Source of the DNA: Demequinaceae bacterium
GTDB taxonomy: Bacteria > Actinomycetota > Actinomycetes > Actinomycetales > Demequinaceae
DNA length: 32,000 nt
Assembly: GCA_965250005.1 (NCBI GenBank)
Contig: OZ252279.1
Span: forward strand, 600,001 to 632,000
Direction: 5' to 3'
Below are positions 10,289-18,492 of this stretch, one piece after another. The notes under the pieces were generated by a model that saw only the letters and a list, made by a program, of their open reading frames with translations, did no database searches and had not been told where the DNA came from. Made by a program: the position numbers and the translations under genes. The number at the start of each line of letters is the position of its first letter. The stretch's first letter is position 1.

Positions 10289-10324
10289 CCAGTCTACCGG
10301 GCGAGCGTGGCGCAGAGTTTCGCG

Positions 10325-11524
10325 CTAGCGCCGTTCGAACGTTGCCACGGCCTCGACGTGATGCGTCATGGGATACAGGTCCCATCCGGCCGCATCGACC
10401 AGATCGTAGCCGAGTTGACCGAGAATCTGCGTGTCGCGCGCGAGAGCTACCGGGTCGCAGGCCACGTAGACGACGCGTGCCGGCCCCACGGCGGCGAGCG
10501 CCTCGAGCGTCGCCTTGCCCGCGCCCGAGCGAGGGGGGTCAACCACGGCCGCTGCCGCGGGGCTCATTCCCGCGCCAAGAGTGCGGCGCACGTCGCCCTC
10601 GATGACGGTCGCCGAGGGCTGATCGTGCAAGTTTCTCAGTGCGTTGCGCACCGCGACCCCGTCTGACTCCACCGAGACGACCTCGCGTCCGCCTGTGGCC
10701 AGTGGCAGCGTAAACAGACCGCTTCCTGCATACAGGTCGAGGACGGTGGCGGCCGCTCCGACCCGAGCGAGCACCTCGGCGACCAGGATCGCGGGAGCTT
10801 CCACGTGAACTTGCCAGAAGCCGCCGGTGGCGACGCGGTAGGCGTACTCGGTCCCGGCGACGTCGACTTTCTCGCGGACGCTCGTTGGCGCGTTGGGTCG
10901 CGCGTCCGGCTTGCCTGATTTCCACGCGGCGCCGTTCACTAGCACGTGGGCGCGGTCCTCGTGGGCGGGTGCGACTACCTGGATGGCGGCGCCCGCAGGA
11001 AACCTTCCCTTGAGGAGCGCGGCCTCGGCCGGCTCGGTGGCGAGAGGCATCGCCGCAAGAGCCTTCATGGTGTGGCTGCGCGGTTCGCGCATGGAGGCCT
11101 GGCCCGAACCATCCGCCACCGCAGTGATGCGCGTGCGGTAGCGCAAACCCCCGCGTGCGTCGTCCCCTGGCGCCTGAGCGACCTGTCCCGGCCACATACG
11201 ATCGGCGAATCGCCCGAACGACTCTGTCAGCACGTCCTGCTTCCAGCGCAATTGCGCCTCCAACTTGACGTGCGCGAGTTCCGCACCTCCGACGCCACCC
11301 GGGCCCGCCTCGGGCCATGCCGACTCAACCCTGTCGGGCGACGCCACATGAACCTCAATGGCGTCTCCGCGCCAAAACTTCGCGTCAGGCTCGGAGTCCG
11401 TCAGACGGACGGTGACCTCTTCGCCGGGAAGCGTGTGCCTCACAAAAATGACCCGGCCCTGGTGGCGCGCGACGCAGTGACCGCCGTGAGCTACCGCCGC
11501 AACCGTGACCCTTACGTCGTCCAT
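10325..11524 (-). CDS. class I SAM-dependent RNA methyltransferase with N-terminal TRAM domain (TrmA/RlmD family)
   Basis: TRAM-like N-terminus (VTVAAVAHGGHCVARHQGRVIFVRHTLPGEEV). SAM-binding motif VLDLYAGSGLFTLPLA and C-terminal catalytic region VVDPPRSGAG...YVACDP. The ATG at 11524 overlaps the upstream stop (TAATG), so the ORF-track N-terminal extension to 11656 was rejected. Confidence 0.85.
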   Translation of the reverse strand: MDDVRVTVAAVAHGGHCVARHQGRVIFVRHTLPGEEVTVRLTDSEPDAKFWRGDAIEVHVASPDRVESAWPEAGPGGVGGAELAHVKLEAQLRWKQDVLTESFGRFADRMWPGQVAQAPGDDARGGLRYRTRITAVADGSGQASMREPRSHTMKALAAMPLATEPAEAALLKGRFPAGAAIQVVAPAHEDRAHVLVNGAAWKSGKPDARPNAPTSVREKVDVAGTEYAYRVATGGFWQVHVEAPAILVAEVLARVGAAATVLDLYAGSGLFTLPLATGGREVVSVESDGVAVRNALRNLHDQPSATVIEGDVRRTLGAGMSPAAAAVVDPPRSGAGKATLEALAAVGPARVVYVACDPVALARDTQILGQLGYDLVDAAGWDLYPMTHHVEAVATFERR

Positions 11525-13395
11525 TAGCGGCCGGTACCAGCGTCGCCGCTCGCGGAATGCAGGTGCCATGGAACCGCCGTGACCACCACGCCCGGAATCT
11601 GCAGCAAACGGGCGCGAAGCCGGACGCCACTCTTGTTGTGCAGGAAGCGCTCCCACCAGCGGGTAACGATGTACTCCGGCACGTAGATGACCACCATTTC
11701 TCGTGGACTCCCGCGCCGCACGGCGCGTACGTAACTGATGATCGGCCCGATGAAGTCCCGGTACGGCGAGCTAAGGATGGACAGCGACAGGCCCAGGTCG
11801 CGCTTACCCCACTCGGACTGCAAGTGCGTCGCGGCGCGCTTGTCCACCTGGACGGCGACCGCAGTAAGGGTGTCATGCCGGTTGGCGCGCGCATACGCGA
11901 TGGCGCGGAGAGCGGGGCGGTGAAGTTGCGCGACAAGCACGATACCGTGGGTCGCGCTGGGCAGCGCGCCAGACCGGTCGCCCTCGACCAGTTCGACGTC
12001 CCGACGAACCCGGTCGTAATGACGGTGAATGAACCACATGAGCAACACAAGCCCCGCGATCATCACCACCGCGATCCAGGCGCCCGACGCCACGTTGAAG
12101 ACCACCACAACGAGCCACACCGCCGACCCAACGACGGCGGCAACTAGGTGAAGTGCGCGGAAGCCTTGTCCCTTGAGCCGCAGTCCCTTGTCTACCTCGA
12201 CTTTGATGCGGCCGCCCCAGTGTCGAACCATCGCGACCTGACTTAGGACAATCGACGTGAAGACGCCCACGATGTAAACGTGCACCAGCCGCTCCAGGTC
12301 AGCGCCTGACAGCACAACCACCAGCGTTGACGCGACTGCGATGATCAACACACCGTACTTGAAGACCAGGCGATCGTTGAGTGAGTGCATCTGGCGCGGC
12401 AAGTAGCCGTCACGCGCGAGCACAGAAGATAGCTGGGTAAATCGCCGGAACACAGCAGCGGCTGCGGCGTACAAGATTGCGGCCGCCGCCAGGCTCACAA
12501 TCCAAATTGCAACGTCACCGGCGAAGACGCCGTCGGCCACCTGAAGCAGAATCGGGCCGTCTGACCAGTCGCCGGAACCGTAGGCCCACGCGAGGAAGGC
12601 AACCAGGAAGAACGCGATCGCTGAAACAGCGACCGCAATCAACAGCGTGCGGCCGGCGCGAAGACCCCGCGGCTCCTCGTGGAATCGGCCGGAGGCAGCG
12701 AGGTGCTCGATCCCGGTAACCATCACCGCTCCGGACGCGACGGCGCCGCCGTACGCGAGCACAATTGCCCACCCCGACTGGGAGACCGCCGGCTCCGAGA
12801 CGAGCGCCGCGTTCGTGTGCCGCGCGAGTCCAAATATCGCCACCGTGACCACCACAAGAATGAAGCCAAACCAAACGATCATCAGCACCCGCGCGCGCTC
12901 CTGGATACCGCGCAGCGCGCCCAGCGTCATAATGCCGATGAGTCCCACGCCCACGACCGACTCGAAGCCCTCAAGCTGAGGCCACACAAAGTCTGCGATC
13001 GCGCCGACCGCAGCCACGGAGACCGCGACGGTGAGCAAGTAGTCAACCAACAGGGCTGCGCCCGCCACAACGCCCGCGCCGGGCCCCAGGCGGTGAGCGA
13101 CCACGCCGTAGTCCCCGCGCATCCCGCCAAACTCCACCACGTTGGCCCGGTAGGCAAACCCAAGGAGCAGCATGATCGCGACCACGCCGAGCGCCATGCC
13201 CGGGATCGCGCCAGCTTGGCCACCGTTGCGCAGGGACGCAACTAGCGCGTCGGGGGCGTACGCAACGGCGGAGAGAATACCCGCACCAAACACCGGCAGC
13301 GCGAGCCGAGAGCGGATTGCGCGCGTATCAGCTCTGTCTGTCGGGATGGGCTCGCCCACCACGAATCGCTTGACTGCCTGAAGAAACCTTCGCAC
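11524..13395 (-). CDS. APC-superfamily permease with C-terminal cytoplasmic domain (Rv2690c-like)
   Basis: 623 aa with about 12 hydrophobic segments followed by a ~200-aa soluble tail. Syntenic position next to the trkA pair, as in other actinobacteria. GTG start. Confidence 0.85.
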   Translation of the reverse strand: MRRFLQAVKRFVVGEPIPTDRADTRAIRSRLALPVFGAGILSAVAYAPDALVASLRNGGQAGAIPGMALGVVAIMLLLGFAYRANVVEFGGMRGDYGVVAHRLGPGAGVVAGAALLVDYLLTVAVSVAAVGAIADFVWPQLEGFESVVGVGLIGIMTLGALRGIQERARVLMIVWFGFILVVVTVAIFGLARHTNAALVSEPAVSQSGWAIVLAYGGAVASGAVMVTGIEHLAASGRFHEEPRGLRAGRTLLIAVAVSAIAFFLVAFLAWAYGSGDWSDGPILLQVADGVFAGDVAIWIVSLAAAAILYAAAAAVFRRFTQLSSVLARDGYLPRQMHSLNDRLVFKYGVLIIAVASTLVVVLSGADLERLVHVYIVGVFTSIVLSQVAMVRHWGGRIKVEVDKGLRLKGQGFRALHLVAAVVGSAVWLVVVVFNVASGAWIAVVMIAGLVLLMWFIHRHYDRVRRDVELVEGDRSGALPSATHGIVLVAQLHRPALRAIAYARANRHDTLTAVAVQVDKRAATHLQSEWGKRDLGLSLSILSSPYRDFIGPIISYVRAVRRGSPREMVVIYVPEYIVTRWWERFLHNKSGVRLRARLLQIPGVVVTAVPWHLHSASGDAGTGR

Positions 13396-13436
13396 GTCGC
13401 ACTATCCTAGGCCGCTCGGGTATACCGTGGTTGCTT

Positions 13437-14141
13437 GTGCATATCGTGATCATGGGCTGCGGCCGTACTGGAGCCGCCCTGGCGAGCGAGTTCGAACAAC
13501 GTGGGCATTCCGTCGCGATCATCGACAAATTGAGCGACGCCTTCCGCCGCCTCCCCGCAGACTTCCAGGGGCACAAGATCACCGGAGTGGGTTTTGACAG
13601 AGACACCCTGCTGGCCGCCGGCGTCGAAGACGCCTATGGGTTCGCCGCAGTCTCGGATGGCGACAACTCCAACATCCTTGCCGCTCGCGTCGTTCGGGAG
13701 ACCTACGGCGTCGAGAACGTTGTGGCTCGAATATCGGATCAAGGCCGCGCCGAGGTGTACCAGCGGCTTGGCATAGCCACGGTGGCGCCCGTGCCGTGGA
13801 CCAGCGCCCAGATCGTTTCGCGGCTGCTTCCCGTGGGGGGCGCGGAGGTTTACTCCGACGCGTCAGTTGACGTCTCGATCAAGCGCGTGCAGTTCAACGC
13901 GGCCTGGGTGGGCAAACCATACGCCGCCATCGAGGAGGCGACCGGCGCGCGACTGGCGTACGTGGTGCGCTTCAACATGGGAGTCATCCCGGACTCCACG
14001 ACGTTGGTGCAGTCGGGCGACGAGCCGTACCTCGTGATTCCGGAGGCGGTCGAGGCAACGGTTGAGAAGCTGCTCGGCAAGGCGCCCACAGCGCGCGGAG
14101 CCGCAAAGAAACCCTCTAAGCGGGCGGTGAAGAAGAAGTGA
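13437..14141 (+). CDS. trkA: TrkA-family potassium uptake protein (NAD-binding RCK; CeoB-like)
   Basis: Rossmann motif IVIMGCGRTGAALA at the N-terminus and a TrkA-C domain. The GTG at 13437 aligns with typical TrkA N-termini (MRVVIMGCGRVG). TTG at 13431 is the ORF-track alternative. Confidence 0.85.
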   Translation: MHIVIMGCGRTGAALASEFEQRGHSVAIIDKLSDAFRRLPADFQGHKITGVGFDRDTLLAAGVEDAYGFAAVSDGDNSNILAARVVRETYGVENVVARISDQGRAEVYQRLGIATVAPVPWTSAQIVSRLLPVGGAEVYSDASVDVSIKRVQFNAAWVGKPYAAIEEATGARLAYVVRFNMGVIPDSTTLVQSGDEPYLVIPEAVEATVEKLLGKAPTARGAAKKPSKRAVKKK

Positions 14142-14812
14142 AGATCATCATCGCGGGTGCAGGCTCCGTGGGACGCTCGATCGCGCGCGACCTGCTGGAG
14201 CACGGCCACGAGGTCACGCTCATGGACAAGTCCCCGAACGCCATGCGCGTCGCTCAAGTCGCGGAGGCCGACTGGCTCCTGGCCGACGCCTGCGAACTCG
14301 CCTCGCTACGCGACGCCCACGTGGAGGACTGCGATGTAGTGGTGGCCGCCACCGGGGACGACAAGGCAAACCTCGTGATCGCGTTCCTCACCAAGACCGA
14401 GTTCGCCGTGCCTCGAACTGTCGCTCGCGTCAACAACCCGCGCAACGAGTGGATGTACGACCACCAGTGGGGCGTGGACGTCGCAGTGAGCACCCCACGC
14501 ATCATGACGGCCATGGTTGAAGAGGCGGTCGCCGTAGGTGATCTCGTCAAGGTCTTCACGTTCCACCAGTCAGGCGCAGCGATCCACGAGGTAACGCTGC
14601 CCGCGGACTCCGCAATCATAGGATCAATGCTCAGCGAGATCACGTGGCCAGAGGACATTGTGTTGACGTGTGTGGTCAGGGGAGACCGCACCATCGCGCC
14701 GTCGCCGCACGACACGCTCGAGGTGGGCGACGAATTGCTGTTTATTGTTTCGGTTGAGGCTGATCCGGGGGCGCTTGAGGAAGTTCTTCGGAACGCACCA
14801 TCAGCCAAATAG
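14138..14812 (+). CDS. trkA: TrkA-family potassium uptake protein (CeoC-like)
   Basis: N-terminus MKIIIAGAGSVGRSIA (Rossmann). GTGA 4-nt overlap with the upstream trkA. TrkA-C-like C-terminus (VGDELLFIV). Confidence 0.9.
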   Translation: MKIIIAGAGSVGRSIARDLLEHGHEVTLMDKSPNAMRVAQVAEADWLLADACELASLRDAHVEDCDVVVAATGDDKANLVIAFLTKTEFAVPRTVARVNNPRNEWMYDHQWGVDVAVSTPRIMTAMVEEAVAVGDLVKVFTFHQSGAAIHEVTLPADSAIIGSMLSEITWPEDIVLTCVVRGDRTIAPSPHDTLEVGDELLFIVSVEADPGALEEVLRNAPSAK

Positions 14813-15395
14813 TCCAGGCCGTCAGCAAGAATAGCGGGATGCCCATAGCCAGCTTCGCAACGCCCAGGGCAACAATGAGCCCAGCAAAATAGAGCGGCAC
14901 CTGAACCGCGAGTTTGAGCGCGAAGAGCGCCGCCATGATCCCCGTCGCCAGGCCGAATCGCCGCAGCAACCGCGGGTCAGTACGCCACCCCATCGACGCT
15001 CCGCGCGCTAGCGCGACCACGACCCCGACGATGGGCCAGCGCACCACGATTGACACCAGCAGCACAACAAGGGACGCCACGTTGATGTAGAACCCGGGGA
15101 CGAAGTACTCCCCTGGCTCCCCGAAGCGCCAAGCCCATAACGCTCCAAGCCCTACTCCAAATACTCCGCCCAGCGCCTGCGTCACTGGGGTGCGCTGAAT
15201 AAGCCGGATGGCCACCATCACCGCCACGACGGCGCAGGCCACCAGCGTAGGGACGCGAAATCCGCCAACAGCGAGGTAGGCGACCACAAACGCGACGCCC
15301 GGCGCCGCCGACTCAACAAGCCCGCGCGTGCCTCCAACGGATTCGCGCACGGAGAATTCCTCGCCCGCAACAGCGCGCCAACCGGATTGACTCAT
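14742..15395 (-). CDS. DUF3159 domain-containing membrane protein (Rv2693c-like)
   Basis: 217 aa with multiple TM segments. Conserved position downstream of the OB-fold protein with a 4-nt start/stop overlap. Its 3' end overlaps the convergent trkA by 71 nt. Confidence 0.8.
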   Translation of the reverse strand: MSQSGWRAVAGEEFSVRESVGGTRGLVESAAPGVAFVVAYLAVGGFRVPTLVACAVVAVMVAIRLIQRTPVTQALGGVFGVGLGALWAWRFGEPGEYFVPGFYINVASLVVLLVSIVVRWPIVGVVVALARGASMGWRTDPRLLRRFGLATGIMAALFALKLAVQVPLYFAGLIVALGVAKLAMGIPLFLLTAWTIWLMVRSEELPQAPPDQPQPKQ

Positions 15396-15676
15396 CCCGT
15401 CGCTCCGTTGAGCAGTTCGTAACTGGGGTTGAAGATGCGCGGACCGTGGCCATCGTTGTAGACGCGACCCGCTATCTTGACCGAGCGCCCGGGCTCAACG
15501 CCCGGGATTCCGCGCCGGCCAATGAAGACTGCGTCGATGCTTCCGCTTGAGTCCTCCACGCGCGCGGTAAGCGCGGGCGGTGCGTCTTTGGGATTGACCG
15601 TGACAGAGACGATCTTGCCCGCCACGGTCACATGCTGGCGGGCGGCGGCGGCGGCAATGAGCGTAACGTCGCTCAC
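15392..15676 (-). CDS. OB-fold nucleic acid binding domain-containing protein (Rv2694c-like)
   Basis: 94 aa. 4-nt overlaps with dut upstream and DUF3159 downstream. Conserved synteny. Confidence 0.8.
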   Translation of the reverse strand: MSDVTLIAAAAARQHVTVAGKIVSVTVNPKDAPPALTARVEDSSGSIDAVFIGRRGIPGVEPGRSVKIAGRVYNDGHGPRIFNPSYELLNGATG

Positions 15677-16122
15677 TGGCTGGCTCCTCCCGTCGAACCG
15701 AAGCCAGCATCGCCGCGATGGGAGCCGGGAAGCGTTTCCACACTGACAAAGTTTGCGGTCTCCACCTGCTGGATGACGAGCTGCGCGATCCGGTCGCCCT
15801 TCACGAAGGTCACTGCATGCTGTGTATCCGAGTTGAGGAGCGTCACAGCGATCTCACCGCGATAGCCAGCGTCCACGGTGCCAGGCGCGTTCACGACCGT
15901 CACGCCGTGCTTGGCCGCCAGGCCGGATCGTGGGTGAACGAGCGCCACGAAGCCGGGCGGAAGCGCGATCTTGAGTCCCGTGGGGACGGTGGCGCGCTCT
16001 CCGGGAGCAAGCGTCACGTCGATGCGCGTGGTGATATCCGCGCCTGCGTCTCCTGGATGTGAGTACGCAGGAAGTGGGACGTCCGCCGCGGTGGTCGCGA
16101 CCAGAACGTCTACGGGGAGCAT
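15673..16122 (-). CDS. dut: dUTP diphosphatase
   Basis: dUTPase motifs (GDAGADI; HPRSGLAAKHG; GTVDAGYRGEI; RGDAGFGSTG). The ATG at 16122 (MLPVDVLV...) gives 149 aa. The ORF-track extension to 16335 is Arg/Ser-rich junk and overlaps DUF4193. Confidence 0.92.
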   Translation of the reverse strand: MLPVDVLVATTAADVPLPAYSHPGDAGADITTRIDVTLAPGERATVPTGLKIALPPGFVALVHPRSGLAAKHGVTVVNAPGTVDAGYRGEIAVTLLNSDTQHAVTFVKGDRIAQLVIQQVETANFVSVETLPGSHRGDAGFGSTGGASQ

Positions 16123-16138
16123 GGCGGAGCGACGGAGG

Positions 16139-16438
16139 TTAGGCCGCGCACTCCGAGCAGATCGGCTGGTTCTTCTTCCACGAAGCCAACTGGCTGCGGT
16201 GGTGAACCAGGAAGCACGAAGTGCACGTGAACTCGTCCTGCTGCGGCGGAAGCACGCGCACGGACAGTTCTTCATTCGAGAGGTCGGCGCCGGGGAGCTC
16301 GAAGCCCTCTGCTGCCTCGGTCTCGTCCTCGTCAACTACTCCCGACACCTTGTCCGAACGGCGGGCCTTCAGCTCCTCGATGGAGTCTGCGGCGATCTCG
16401 TCGTCGGTCTTGCGCGGTGCGTCGTAATCAGTTGCCAT
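16139..16438 (-). CDS. DUF4193 domain-containing protein
   Basis: MATDYDAPRKTDDE... acidic N-terminal half and a C-terminal zinc-ribbon-like CTSC...CSEC. This is the typical 99-aa DUF4193 (Rv2699c-like) located next to dut. Confidence 0.9.
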   Translation of the reverse strand: MATDYDAPRKTDDEIAADSIEELKARRSDKVSGVVDEDETEAAEGFELPGADLSNEELSVRVLPPQQDEFTCTSCFLVHHRSQLASWKKNQPICSECAA

Positions 16439-16555
16439 GTGGCGGTAATCCTCCTTGGTGGGTACCCCACCGTAATCAATGCTCAGGAAGCGGAAATTGT
16501 TCCCCAGGCGCACGCACTATGCCTCGTATTTGGCGGAAATGCAACTCAGCCCCGC

Positions 16556-17380
16556 CTACGCATCCCACATTCGGTCCGCGCCCGAGGCCACCAGCGCGTC
16601 GTAAAGAGCGTCGAATAGGTTGGCTGGGGCGGCAATAAGCAGCTCCCCATTTGCTGGGTTGCCGTTCAACCCCTCCACACGCAGTCCCGCTTCGCGGGCG
16701 ATAAGCCCAGCCGCAGCGTGGTCCCACGCGCCGAGCCCGTGTTCGTAATATGCGTCGAGCGTTCCGGCGGCGGCAAGGCATAGGTCGACCGAGCACGAAC
16801 CGAGGCGCCTAATGTCCCGAACCTCGGACAACATGCGAGTCACGACTGCGCCTTGGAGCGCGCGCCGCTTGGCAATGTACTGAAATCCTGTCCCCAGCAG
16901 TGTCGCCGACAACGGCGGGCCCTGGTGCGGCTCGATTTGCACCCCGTCTCTCCACGCCCCCTCGCCGCGGGCGGCGGACCACAGCACCTTGTCTCCGCCC
17001 TCGAATACCGCACCTGCCTCTTGCGTCCACTCGTCAGGGTTCGCAGGCCCCGTGACGGCCCCGACTGAAACCGCGAAGTGCGGAAGTCCATACAGGTAGT
17101 TGACCGTGCCATCGATCGGGTCCAGTACCCAGGTGACTCCGGAGGTTCCGGGGACGTCGGCGCCCTCTTCCCCCAGAATCGCATCGTTTGGTCGAAGTTC
17201 GGCGATGCGCGTGCGCAGGAAATCCTCGCACGCAATATCCACTTGGGTCACGATGTCGATGTCGCTCGACTTAGTATCGGTGACCCTGAGGTCTGCCGTT
17301 CTGCCTGCCGCAACGATCCGGCCGGCCTCCGTGGCAAGGGTGCGGGCGACGTTAAGCAAGGCCAACGGGGTCGTTTGCAT
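16556..17380 (-). CDS. suhB: inositol monophosphatase family protein
   Basis: IMPase motifs (ILGEEG; WVLDPIDGTVNYLYG; WDHAAG). ATG at 17380 (MQTTPLALLNVA...). The longer ORF-track version overlaps sepH. The symbol is by synteny with Rv2701c only. Confidence 0.85.
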   Translation of the reverse strand: MQTTPLALLNVARTLATEAGRIVAAGRTADLRVTDTKSSDIDIVTQVDIACEDFLRTRIAELRPNDAILGEEGADVPGTSGVTWVLDPIDGTVNYLYGLPHFAVSVGAVTGPANPDEWTQEAGAVFEGGDKVLWSAARGEGAWRDGVQIEPHQGPPLSATLLGTGFQYIAKRRALQGAVVTRMLSEVRDIRRLGSCSVDLCLAAAGTLDAYYEHGLGAWDHAAAGLIAREAGLRVEGLNGNPANGELLIAAPANLFDALYDALVASGADRMWDA

Positions 17381-17471
17381 GTCACCATGGTGCCTCACCA
17401 CTCCAGGGTTGCCTGCCACGCGCCGGGCGTGGCTCCACCGATGCACGCGTGAGCCGTGGCAACCTGAGCGC

Positions 17472-18431
17472 ATGACGCGCGTTGAACTCGTCGGCTCAGC
17501 CGACGACGGCGAGAACCTGGTGATTGCTACGGCCACCGGGGAGCAATACACGTTGCCCGTAACCGAGGACCTGCGAGACATCCTTAACCCGCCAAGGAAT
17601 GCCGACGACGCGCCCACCCTCGCCCCCAAGGACATCCAACGCCGCATTCGGGCGGGGCTGTCCGCCGAGGAGTTATCGGAGCTCACGGGCGTGCCGCTAG
17701 ACAAACTGCGCCGCTACGAGGCTCCCGTGCTCGCCGAGCGGCACTACATTGCCGAGATGGCGCAGGCGACGCGCATCGGCCGTGACCCGAGTTCGCCCAT
17801 CCTCGGCGAGCTTGTGTCCGACAGGCTAGCGAGCCGAGGCATAACCGGCGCCCGTGTCACGTGGGACGCGTGGCGCAACGGGACCTCGCCATGGACGGTG
17901 GCGGCGTCGTACCCGCTCGCGGGCGGCAATGCGCGCGCCGTCTGGACTTTCGACCACCAAACACGTTCAGTCAAAGCTCAAGACGACGAGGCTCGGTGGC
18001 TGACCGAGACAGACTTGCTCACCATGCCAGCGCCCACGCGGCACCTTGCCCCCGTGCGCGAGACTGCGCCGGGAGCGCGCGCGCCCGTAACTGCCCTACA
18101 CAAACTTGAGGCGCGGCCGGAAAAGCCCGCGCGGCCGTCTACCGATCGCATCCTCGAGGACCTGCAGGCCAAGCGCGGCACGCGCGACGTCGTCGAGACC
18201 GCGGCCGAGCTCGAGGACCAGTTCGACGAAGAGTTCGAAGGCTTCGGCCCGCAGCATGCGCGCGAGGCCGACGTTGGCTTCGCCTCCGGTGGTGGTAGCG
18301 CCGTTCGCGCTTCCGCGCCTCCCGCTGGCGGCACGCCGCCCACCAGGGCGCCTGCTGCAAAACCCACCCGCAAGGGTCGCGCGTCCGTGCCCAGTTGGGA
18401 CGAGATTGTGTTTGGCGCCAAGTCGGACTAG
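17472..18431 (+). CDS. sepH: septation protein SepH (DUF3071 domain)
   Basis: N-terminus MTRVELVGSADDGENLVIATATGEQYTLPV and an HTH-like region (IRAGLSAEELSELTGVPLDKLRRYE). Disordered middle and a conserved C-terminal tail RKGRASVPSWDEIVFG. ATG at 17472 is in frame with the ORF-track entry. Confidence 0.85.
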   Translation: MTRVELVGSADDGENLVIATATGEQYTLPVTEDLRDILNPPRNADDAPTLAPKDIQRRIRAGLSAEELSELTGVPLDKLRRYEAPVLAERHYIAEMAQATRIGRDPSSPILGELVSDRLASRGITGARVTWDAWRNGTSPWTVAASYPLAGGNARAVWTFDHQTRSVKAQDDEARWLTETDLLTMPAPTRHLAPVRETAPGARAPVTALHKLEARPEKPARPSTDRILEDLQAKRGTRDVVETAAELEDQFDEEFEGFGPQHAREADVGFASGGGSAVRASAPPAGGTPPTRAPAAKPTRKGRASVPSWDEIVFGAKSD

Positions 18432-18492
18432 CGGCGCCTAGTCAGAGCTGGTTCCTGCAAAGAAGAAAAGAAGATCAGTCCAGCCTTGTTCG

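Noticed and set aside
16123-16335. N-terminal extension of dut (220-aa version)
   Set aside because: The extension is Arg/Ser-rich, overlaps DUF4193, and dUTPase homology starts at MLPVDVLV (ATG 16122). Similar over-extensions were trimmed for the methyltransferase (11525-11656), suhB-like (17381-17704), sepH (17100-17471), the phosphatase-family gene (19633-19794), DUF5998 (20223-20333) and membrane paralogue B (26841-27020).
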